From positions 20,600-84,599 of the IMG/VR virus record IMGVR_UViG_3300049825_000338: a DNA stretch of 64,000 nt. The stretch is one strand, 5' to 3'. The stretch is from a virus. Its lineage: Duplodnaviria > Heunggongvirae > Uroviricota > Caudoviricetes. Of the stretch, positions 44,071 through 52,037 are shown piece after piece (the first letter of the stretch is position 1; each line of letters starts with the position of its first letter). The notes under the pieces were generated by a model. That model was given only the letters and a program-made list of their open reading frames with translations. It searched no databases and was not told the DNA's origin. Both the position numbers and the translations under genes were made by a program.

Positions 44071-45345
44071 TTAGGGAAGCGTGAAGTAAGAAACTACACA
44101 GAATCCTGGATGACAGCGGCTAGCAAACAGTTGCCAGTTTGCGGCTGTTATAACAGGTATAGGCGTGGTGTTGGCGTTCAATACTCCAGTAGCCACAAAG
44201 AACGGTGACGTAGACGGTGCTATAGTGAAGCCGTTTGTAAATTGCTGAACAGCGCCTATACCTAGTGGTGCTCCGTGCCTGCCTGAAATAGCTCCATCTT
44301 CACTAAGTGATTCTGTAATAGAGCGTAGTGCCCCGCCTGTAAGAACAGCTGGGTCACCAACTAACGCACCAATCTTGCCAGAAGCACCACCAATAAACCC
44401 TCCACCGCCACCTGGAGATTTAAGTTCCATAGTTCTTGCAAGTGGAACATTAATAAACGTCTGCATACGTCCACCACTTCCTCCATTAGTGGCAGTACCG
44501 TTTATGGGAGGATTGAATGTTGTGTTTCCTGTGAAAGCGCTAGTTGAAACAACAACGGGCGGAAATCCGTATGCGGGAGGAGAGCTTTGTGAAGAAAAGA
44601 AATGACGATTTAACGAGTAAGACGAAAGGGAATCAAATTTAGAAGGGTTTGCTAAGTTTGAATTGAAGAGAAAGTTCTCCGATAATACCGAAAAATTTCT
44701 GTTCCATGTAGGACTTGCTGAAAGCCCACCCTGCCCTCCAGCTATAAGAATGACTTGTCCGTTCAACCGAAGAACGCTACGACCAAAGCCGCCAGTTGAT
44801 AAGACGTCTCGTGAAACTGCGCCAAACCCGGCTACAGTCCAAGCCGATACACTCCCATCACCACCGTTTCCAAGACCATCACCACCTCGCCCGCCAAGTG
44901 GGCCACCATATGCTCCGTTTGCCCATCTAGCAGGTTCACCTAGGGCAACTTCCAACACATCACCATCAAAGACGTTGACCAGCGCTCTCACCGAACCGTG
45001 ATTTTCATTCGTGACAACCGTATCAGATCGCGTGCTTCGGTAAGCCCCTGTAAGATAAACACCGATAGTTGGCACACCAAGTCGCGTAGCTAGCGACGGA
45101 ACAGGTATTTGCTGCCACTGCACTGGGCCTGAAAAAGTTGCAGCACGGTGGCTAGTTACTGGAACAACAGTCGTAGGAGGAGCTGCGGGAGTCATTGCCA
45201 TACCGGCACTCATTCCGCCCGAACCTGGAGTTAAAATAGGTCCGGGGGAGGGAGGAATTGGTACTCCTGTAAAACTGAAAGAGTTTACTGCCGGAGTTGT
45301 GATTACCTTGTCTAGATCAGGCCAGCGACCCGAAAAGATCGCCAT
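44071..45345 (-). CDS. glycine-rich protein (minor-tail/fibre-like)
   Basis: multiple GGxGG runs (GGRGGDGLGNGGDG, SPGGGGGFIGGASG) as in actinophage glycine-rich minor tail proteins. Confidence 0.45.
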   Translation of the reverse strand: MAIFSGRWPDLDKVITTPAVNSFSFTGVPIPPSPGPILTPGSGGMSAGMAMTPAAPPTTVVPVTSHRAATFSGPVQWQQIPVPSLATRLGVPTIGVYLTGAYRSTRSDTVVTNENHGSVRALVNVFDGDVLEVALGEPARWANGAYGGPLGGRGGDGLGNGGDGSVSAWTVAGFGAVSRDVLSTGGFGRSVLRLNGQVILIAGGQGGLSASPTWNRNFSVLSENFLFNSNLANPSKFDSLSSYSLNRHFFSSQSSPPAYGFPPVVVSTSAFTGNTTFNPPINGTATNGGSGGRMQTFINVPLARTMELKSPGGGGGFIGGASGKIGALVGDPAVLTGGALRSITESLSEDGAISGRHGAPLGIGAVQQFTNGFTIAPSTSPFFVATGVLNANTTPIPVITAANWQLFASRCHPGFCVVSYFTLP

Positions 45346-45450
45346 TACAGTTGTTCGTCGTTGAGATCATCTTCAAAGACAGCAAGAAGAGCCTCTTCAA
45401 CAAAGGCGTCTTTCTCTTCGTCAGTCATATCATCCCAGTTGTCGGGTACC

Positions 45451-46620
45451 TTAAACACTTCTGTCTCCTCCGGTTCCTCCGGTGCTGATTAGCTCGCCTG
45501 TATGGAGAGCAAAGATTGCGATCTGATCTTCGGTTTTGGCGAATAAAACAGCGTCGGCGCGTTTGTTCGTCGGGAATACAGCCGTCACATTCACTTCTAG
45601 TTTACCGTCATCTGGGTTGTGCCAGCCACCTACCCCGACTGTGGCACCTTCAATCTTTATCGCCATTGCTGCGTCGATTCGCTCTCTAACCGCTTTCACC
45701 ATCGCTGGTTTCGGCCGGGGACCGTCGAACGAGTCGGCAGCAAGAAAGAGTCGATCTGACCCGCCAAGCGCCACGGCAAATCCTTCCGTGATCGGCTCTA
45801 GGCTAGGGACAGCGAGCGTGAAACCTGAATCCGGCTGTGCCAGTGGGTCAGTTGCCCGACTTTCTGGAGACCGCGCAAACCGACCCGCTGAATCGTGGTT
45901 CTTGTTGTAGAACGCTTCACTTTCAACTTCGTCATCACTAATTGAACCAACAACAGCCTTCTTTCGTGGGCGACTCGATGCAGCAAATAGAGGAACGTTC
46001 AGTAGTTCATCATACGTAACTTCACCGCCAGCTATCGGATTTCCTTTGGCTAAAGCGTCTCTAGTTGCGTCAGTCCAATGTCCAACACTACTTCCTGACT
46101 GAAAGTACGCTCCAAGCTTTGAATAAAACGGCTTAGCTGTGCCGATAGCGCTATAAACAGCAAGATCAAAGTCAAGTGCAGCAGCAGTCTTAGCTACTTC
46201 CGTAAGAGCCTGCGTACCATGACCTTGCCTCTTATCCAACATTCTCATGTCTGTGATAGCGACTTGTTTGCTGGTTCTGCTTATCTGAAATTGCACCCCG
46301 CCACGAACTTGTCCTTCGGCGTTACGCACAACAACGACAGAATTACCCATCCAACTTTGAAAGATGTGGCGAAGAGGGTTCAGTTCCTCTATTCCTTGAG
46401 CATCTAGTTCCTTGAGAATCGCCTTTCTCTCACGCTGAATATCGCCACGAATAACCGAAATAGTGCCGCCACTGGAAGCAAACCGGCCTTTCTCGTCGTG
46501 ATTCTTGTTGTAAAATTCTTGTCCGTCTAAGCCAACAAGTTCAGTGAAAGATTCGTGCAAAATCTGAACATCATTTCTAGACCACCACGAAAGAGGCTGT
46601 TCGATTCCTAGAACGCTCAT
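45451..46620 (-). CDS. multidomain polyvalent-type protein: GNAT acetyltransferase domain plus unknown domain, two FYNKNHDxxGRF linker motifs
   Basis: QEFYNKNHDEKGRFAS and EAFYNKNHDSAGRFAR; GNAT-like RQGHGTQAL. Confidence 0.55.
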   Translation of the reverse strand: MSVLGIEQPLSWWSRNDVQILHESFTELVGLDGQEFYNKNHDEKGRFASSGGTISVIRGDIQRERKAILKELDAQGIEELNPLRHIFQSWMGNSVVVVRNAEGQVRGGVQFQISRTSKQVAITDMRMLDKRQGHGTQALTEVAKTAAALDFDLAVYSAIGTAKPFYSKLGAYFQSGSSVGHWTDATRDALAKGNPIAGGEVTYDELLNVPLFAASSRPRKKAVVGSISDDEVESEAFYNKNHDSAGRFARSPESRATDPLAQPDSGFTLAVPSLEPITEGFAVALGGSDRLFLAADSFDGPRPKPAMVKAVRERIDAAMAIKIEGATVGVGGWHNPDDGKLEVNVTAVFPTNKRADAVLFAKTEDQIAIFALHTGELISTGGTGGDRSV

Positions 46621-46802
46621 TGATAAATGCCCTTAGCAGCAAACTCGTCAAGACGTCGGTCTACCGCAAAGTCTCCGAGAATCAGACGTGCGTCCTCAAG
46701 CGAGGCAACAGTTATCGACTCGCCACTAGTCCACAAACGACGCGCTTCCTCTGCCGATAGCGCTGAGGATTCGTCAATCGTCATTGTAGGTAGTAAGTTC
46801 AC
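46617..46802 (-). CDS. hypothetical small protein
   Basis: ATGA-coupled ORF. Confidence 0.35.
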   Translation of the reverse strand: MNLLPTMTIDESSALSAEEARRLWTSGESITVASLEDARLILGDFAVDRRLDEFAAKGIYQ

Positions 46803-48658
46803 TCTGATTCCTTTACGAGCACTGCCTTCAACATCTTACCAGTGATCTTCGCTGCAACAGCACGGTGGTGTCCAGAGAGAATTACTCTGCGTCCATCTGC
46901 CTTCTCATAAACGACCGGGTATGTGTTACCTGCCTGATGAGCGTCAGCAAACGTCTTACCAGTACGTTCGTATTGACCTGTTGTGTAGTGCTGCACTCCC
47001 GACTTAGTGACCCACGGCTGCGTGGCGTGTAGGTTGTCGGTCGGAATGTCAACTAGCCGAGGAGTCTTGACGGCTGCTTCGACCTTCGCACGATCGAACA
47101 GAGGTTCTGTTTTCTTACGTCCAATCGACGGAAATGGTACGGGTACCTTGTCGTGGTGAGCAAATAGCTTCTCAACTCCGGGGTGATCCTTAGCAGGAGA
47201 CTTAATTACTCGGTGAATGGCCTGAGTCATTGTCTCGGCGTTATCTGCGGGCTTCGTGAACCTTGTCTTGACTACTCGGCTAGCCTCTGGAAAGTAGTTA
47301 CGCCCAGACGTGAACTTGCCTTCGGCATCGTGATTTTTGTTGTAGAAGTCATCTGCATCAAGAATCACAAATGAATCAATTGTTTCTTGAATGAGTGATG
47401 CAGTCACCTGAATACCAGCAAAGACAAGAGAATCGGGCATCAGTGCAATTTTCTGAACAGGAAAACGTCCAGTCTCATGAACTACAGCGTTCTGCGCTTC
47501 TGTCTCAGTTGCCAGCGCTCTGATAGCGCCACGACTCTTGAACATCTCGGAGTGAGAAACGTAAGCCGCACGTTCTCCATGACGATCAAACCCTCGGCCG
47601 GTGGCAGCGTGACCGAACACATCATGAACGGCGCGAAACATGTCATTTTCCTGATCGGTAAAGAACGTGTGACTTCCCGTCACTGCCGTCTTCATCACCT
47701 TGATCGTGCCCGCTTCAACGTCGGCAGTCATCATCTTGGCTGTTCGGTATGGGTCGTATGAAACAAACTCGACCTTGATTCCCTTAGACGTCATAAAATC
47801 AAACTGCTGTTTCACTTCACCAGCAAGTGCTCGATACGATGGGTGCGCCGATGGATCATCAACAGGCATAGCTTCATACGCCTTAGCCATCTTTGAGCGT
47901 AGCTCGGCGGGAGCCATTATTTCATCCCAAGCACCTTCAGATCGTTCGGTGCTCTGCGTGTACGCATCCCGAATTTGACGCGCTCGTGCTGATCCAGTCA
48001 CATCTTCGATTACTTCTGGATTGGCTACGTTTACGTCAGAGGCAGTGAACCGACCCTTTGCGTCATGATTCTTATTGAAGAATTCATCAGAACCTTGATC
48101 GAGCGACCAACGCCCATTTGACGTGTGGTAGATGTGGTACTGAGCAAATAGATTGTCATCAGCCACCACAAACTCATTTGTCTGAACTACAGATAGGGTC
48201 ACTTTCTCGGCACCCTGACGACTCGTTAGCGTATTCACGATACCTTGAAACATAGGCTTCTTCATGTAGTCACCTTCACGTCGATACGATTTGTCGCTGA
48301 TCTGGATTAACCGATCAAACCTCAGATACGACTCACGACCTGTCTTATCCCACTTGCCTTCACCGATGCTCACTCGGCCAGGTCCAGACTTCGACGTTAG
48401 TTGAAGTGCAACTAGATTCTTGCCGTCAGCGGTACGGCCGATAATCAGCACAGGACGATCCTTGCTTTGCGAAGCGTCTTCTTGAAACGGAACGCGTGCC
48501 CACACCACTTCGCCTGGATCAGCGTGACCGTCTGGATATCGTGGGCGGTAGGCAATCTTGATATTAGAGAACGACACATCAGGAAGAGCTGTCGATCCTG
48601 ATGTAGTAGTGAACCGACCTACGTTGTCGTGAGCCTTGTTGTAGAATTCGTCATCCAT
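46799..48658 (-). CDS. multidomain polyvalent-type protein: MazF/PemK-like, unknown and ParB-like nuclease domains separated by three FYNKNHDxxG[RK]F motifs
   Basis: DEFYNKAHDNVGRF, DEFFNKNHDAKGRF, DDFYNKNHDAEGKF. PGEVVWARVPF...RPVLIIG (PemK-like). YPVVYEKADGRRVILSGHHRAVAAKITG (ParB GxxR/HHR box). Confidence 0.6.
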   Translation of the reverse strand: MDDEFYNKAHDNVGRFTTTSGSTALPDVSFSNIKIAYRPRYPDGHADPGEVVWARVPFQEDASQSKDRPVLIIGRTADGKNLVALQLTSKSGPGRVSIGEGKWDKTGRESYLRFDRLIQISDKSYRREGDYMKKPMFQGIVNTLTSRQGAEKVTLSVVQTNEFVVADDNLFAQYHIYHTSNGRWSLDQGSDEFFNKNHDAKGRFTASDVNVANPEVIEDVTGSARARQIRDAYTQSTERSEGAWDEIMAPAELRSKMAKAYEAMPVDDPSAHPSYRALAGEVKQQFDFMTSKGIKVEFVSYDPYRTAKMMTADVEAGTIKVMKTAVTGSHTFFTDQENDMFRAVHDVFGHAATGRGFDRHGERAAYVSHSEMFKSRGAIRALATETEAQNAVVHETGRFPVQKIALMPDSLVFAGIQVTASLIQETIDSFVILDADDFYNKNHDAEGKFTSGRNYFPEASRVVKTRFTKPADNAETMTQAIHRVIKSPAKDHPGVEKLFAHHDKVPVPFPSIGRKKTEPLFDRAKVEAAVKTPRLVDIPTDNLHATQPWVTKSGVQHYTTGQYERTGKTFADAHQAGNTYPVVYEKADGRRVILSGHHRAVAAKITGKMLKAVLVKESE

Positions 48659-49100
48659 TCTTGGAGTGTCCTGTCTGCGTTATGATTACATTCTCGGTTG
48701 TCATTCCGATAACATCGAGCTTTTCATGGACTGATTGAATCAAGACATTAAGCATTTCAACCTGTAGTTCCGTTCTGGACATTTTGTCAGATAATGATGA
48801 TCCACCATTAGGAAACACCTGCTTACGAATATCTTCGGTCTCTTCTTTAATAACCGTTCTGAATTTGTTTTCGATTCCTGTATTAATTGGCTTAATAAAT
48901 AATCTTGAAAAACTTCTCATTACCCACTGAGTTGGTTTAAATGCCCAAAGAGCTGTGATTGCTCCAGCAATAACAGCAGCAGCCAAAAGAATAGTTCTGA
49001 TCTGGTCCCATGTAGAGATGGCGACAATCACTTGAGAAACTTCTTTACTCGTTTGAATGCCCGTCGAGCGATTGGATGATTCGGATCGACACCTTCCCAC
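48651..49100 (-). CDS. membrane protein
   Basis: one TM segment. Confidence 0.4.
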   Translation of the reverse strand: MGRCRSESSNRSTGIQTSKEVSQVIVAISTWDQIRTILLAAAVIAGAITALWAFKPTQWVMRSFSRLFIKPINTGIENKFRTVIKEETEDIRKQVFPNGGSSLSDKMSRTELQVEMLNVLIQSVHEKLDVIGMTTENVIITQTGHSKNG

Positions 49101-49345
49101 GGTGAAGTACCATCACCATGAATGAAAAATCCTGTAGACACCAAAAATTCTGGGTCCGGATAATACATAGTCATGTGGTACCCACGAGGGTTTAGAAGCT
49201 CAGCGTTCACCAACCAGTGAAGTCCGAGGTTGTTAAATTCAGCCCACGGCATGTAGCTTTCGACATTGCCTTCAAACATCGGGTGAATGACTTCCGGTAC
49301 ATAAAGATCAGAGATGATACACCGCCTCGTAGTCGGGTGTCTCAT
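49028..49345 (-). CDS. hypothetical protein (probable internal start)
   Basis: fills the 49101-49307 gap; overlaps both neighbours if full length. Confidence 0.3.
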   Translation of the reverse strand: MRHPTTRRCIISDLYVPEVIHPMFEGNVESYMPWAEFNNLGLHWLVNAELLNPRGYHMTMYYPDPEFLVSTGFFIHGDGTSPWEGVDPNHPIARRAFKRVKKFLK

Positions 49346-50111
49346 CGAATTGACCGGTCATAAGGTCTTTGCCAAACCACGAGTGTGACCGTCCTGCGTC
49401 TCGTTTGCCGATTGATGCAAAGTGAATCGGCTGCACGTCTGCACCGTCACGGACTGCCTGAAGAACTGCGTCTAGGTCGTTCTTTGTTCCTTGCGAAAGG
49501 TACTGACGATTCTCGCTACCATACTTTTCAAACACCTCAGCCACGTTAGTTCTATCAATGTTGTCCCTAAACCTAAACCCGGCCTTGGCCCAGGCGTACG
49601 GTCCAACAGCACCAGCACCTGTCGAAGAAGCATAGACTTCGATGTCGTTCACACCGGCTTCGTGATAGAACTTCAGTGCTTTAGCATTTATGGCGGTACC
49701 TATGCCTTTTCCTTGCATAGTTAAGTAGTTAATTGACAAATAATCGTGTGAAGCAATAAGCTTTCTTGTCTGTGAATCAACCATAATTCGTCGCTTAAAT
49801 TCACCTATTGGTGCCCCATCCTTATCACTGATTACTCCACTAACCGCAAAGCTGTGCCCAATACTTTCTCTAAACACTACTGCTTTAGCACTCCATTCGT
49901 TATTTGTCTGGGTAAAGGCTTCAGCAATTTGAATTTCAGTTAATTTATCAAACTGTCTGAATACGTTTCGTCCAGATGAAGAGGAGGAAGAAATAGGAGA
50001 AATAGGTACATCACTACCAGGAAGTGAGCCTCCGCTGCCCGTAGGGGGAGGAGCGCAGGTTGACGAATGACAGGCGAAACTAAGAGACTGAACTACGTGC
50101 AACATCAGCAA
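49308..50111 (-). CDS. lipoprotein with GNAT acetyltransferase domain
   Basis: lipobox SFAC with leader paralogous to gene 624-2999; MQGKGIGTAINAKALKFYHEAG GNAT motif. Confidence 0.55.
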   Translation of the reverse strand: MLMLHVVQSLSFACHSSTCAPPPTGSGGSLPGSDVPISPISSSSSSGRNVFRQFDKLTEIQIAEAFTQTNNEWSAKAVVFRESIGHSFAVSGVISDKDGAPIGEFKRRIMVDSQTRKLIASHDYLSINYLTMQGKGIGTAINAKALKFYHEAGVNDIEVYASSTGAGAVGPYAWAKAGFRFRDNIDRTNVAEVFEKYGSENRQYLSQGTKNDLDAVLQAVRDGADVQPIHFASIGKRDAGRSHSWFGKDLMTGQFDETPDYEAVYHL

Positions 50112-50610
50112 TCCGCGCTTCGACCGCAGCGAGTAGAGCTGCCATTTCAGAGGGACTTTCAGACGGAAGAATTATCTCCAGTTCAAGAGGAAACGAGACT
50201 GTCAACGGTTCAGCAAGAGGAACCGAGTAACGACCGAAGTCACCATCCGCCCATACTTCCATGCGGTCAAATTCAATGGAAGTCGGCATCGTACCAGTGT
50301 ACTCGTCTTCACCGTAACTCAGGGACAGGTGCGGCAGCCACTCAGGATGCTCCGATTCACAAAGATCGGCTACAGCCTGACGGTAAATGTCAGCCTGTTT
50401 CGGGTCAAGATAGACGACTTCAGCGGCCCATTTGCCCTCTCCAAGCTGCCCGGTTCCGACCACTGAGAGTGATCTTTTAGGAAGGGTTGGCGCAAGCGCT
50501 CCGACTCGTTGACACCACGAAGCGTAACTACTTTCTGTGGTATTTTCACTGTACGCTAAGGTCATGTGCCCTTCACCGATAGCGTTGGTCGGTACTAGTG
50601 CGATGATCAC
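50080..50610 (-). CDS. 2H phosphoesterase (LigT-like cyclic phosphodiesterase/2'-5' RNA ligase family)
   Basis: two H-x-[TS]-x motifs, HMTL and HLSL, ~88 aa apart in a 176-aa protein. Confidence 0.55.
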   Translation of the reverse strand: MIIALVPTNAIGEGHMTLAYSENTTESSYASWCQRVGALAPTLPKRSLSVVGTGQLGEGKWAAEVVYLDPKQADIYRQAVADLCESEHPEWLPHLSLSYGEDEYTGTMPTSIEFDRMEVWADGDFGRYSVPLAEPLTVSFPLELEIILPSESPSEMAALLAAVEARIADVARSSVS

Positions 50611-50889
50611 TGACTCGCAGCTTTCGCTTCGTCTGACGCCTCAACGTCGGCCCAAAGAGCAATGTCGGCAAACACCTGTTCCCAGTCTACGAGATCGGCG
50701 TCAAAGTCGCCAAAGTCCTGGTCATCCTCATCGGCAGCACCCATAAGGTCTGCCAGCACCTGGTCGTCAGAAATGTTCGTCATGACTCAAGTCTACCTTG
50801 CCGAGCGTGGATTCTGCACCACCGACCCGAATCGGGTCCAAAATCTCCGGCATACACCTCGGTACAGGCTGGGCACGTCGTTGTCTCGG

Positions 50890-51246
50890 TCATTCTTCCA
50901 AGTCTACCCACTGGCTTCGATCGTTCAACACCTGAGTTCTGATGTTTTTCGGATTCATGGCTTTCTCAACCAGCGACTCAACAGACGGCCGACCCGCAGC
51001 CAGTGCTACAGCCGTACGAAACCACGCTTTCCATTCAGGAGTCTCGCGTAGACGCTGGAACGCAGCAGTCTTGTTTCGGTGTTGCTCACGGCTGTCTGTC
51101 GCTTCGCCAACAGCACCAGAAGCTCGGTGAACAAGCCGAACACCGGTATGCGATTTGTTGCGATGCTGTCCACCGGCACCCGAACCACGAATATGCGTCT
51201 CGTCAAAGTCTTTCGCTGTGATCGTCAGAATCAGTTCTCGGCTCAT
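50890..51246 (-). CDS. GGQ-motif peptidyl-tRNA hydrolase domain protein (ArfB/release-factor-like)
   Basis: RGSGAGGQHRNKSHTGVRLVH matches the ArfB GGQ block; DSREQHRNKTAAFQRL follows. Confidence 0.75.
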   Translation of the reverse strand: MSRELILTITAKDFDETHIRGSGAGGQHRNKSHTGVRLVHRASGAVGEATDSREQHRNKTAAFQRLRETPEWKAWFRTAVALAAGRPSVESLVEKAMNPKNIRTQVLNDRSQWVDLEE

Positions 51247-51305
51247 GCGGTCTCATCATAGCACTTTCCAGGGTCGAAGCGCTTAGAATCGAAAATAGAG
51301 GCCTC

Positions 51306-51647
51306 TCAGGTGTCTGTAGCGGTGGTCTCAATCGAGTCCGTTTGGCGCTTCGCTCGGTTTCGCTCTAGACGCTCGATCATGATCTCGGCTTCACGGTCCA
51401 CGCTCAGATCAACGTGTACGTTCGTTGACCGTGTCTCTTTGATTTCACCGACGCCGACGAGAGCAAGAATCTTTACAGCGGCGGCAAGACGCACAGCCTC
51501 GCTGTCACCGAGTTCGCTCAACTCTACGAGCGTGCGCACGGCTTTGTCAGCGTGACCAGACAGTTTGGCTCGTAGATCGTTTCGTTTCAGTTCTAGAGCA
51601 AGGGCAGTATCTTCGTTGAGCGCTGGCAGGGCCATGATGCTGATCAT
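51306..51647 (-). CDS. hypothetical protein, first leftward gene (likely starts at second ATG 51635)
   Basis: TATGAT (51643-51648) 7 nt upstream of second ATG. Confidence 0.45.
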   Translation of the reverse strand: MISIMALPALNEDTALALELKRNDLRAKLSGHADKAVRTLVELSELGDSEAVRLAAAVKILALVGVGEIKETRSTNVHVDLSVDREAEIMIERLERNRAKRQTDSIETTATDT

Positions 51648-52037
51648 AGCACATCACTGACTTTCTGTGATTTATGCTGGTCACGACACGAATTTTTTCG
51701 TTTTACCACGACACGTCGACGTTTTCTGAAACCCGTAACTGATTTTGAAACTTTCAAAAACCTTAAGACCCTTAAGAAATAAGACATATATAGTACAGTT
51801 ACATAAGTTACATAAGTTACATAGATATATAAGCCTACATGACTACATAAAGGTCTAAAGCTCTCATGACGCTCTCGTGTACGTATAGCTTTATTTTCAA
51901 CTTGAAACCTCCTTTTTTGTAACTGGCAAAAAACGGCCGTCTAGCAGGTACGATGCATTTCTCAGTTACAAAAAGGCGTTGCAACTCTGCAAAATTACGG
52001 TGCTTTTCTGCCCCGACGGGGGGTAAAGTGACGTTGC
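51648..52037. promoter_or_regulatory. divergent AT-rich control/putative origin region with iterons
   Basis: three tandem 9-bp gttacataa/g repeats (51798-51824) plus two further TACAT copies to 51850; direct repeats cacgacacg (51682-51690, 51707-51715); palindrome acgtcgacgt (51713-51722); GC hairpin ccccgacgggg (52011-52021); strand switch. Confidence 0.5.
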
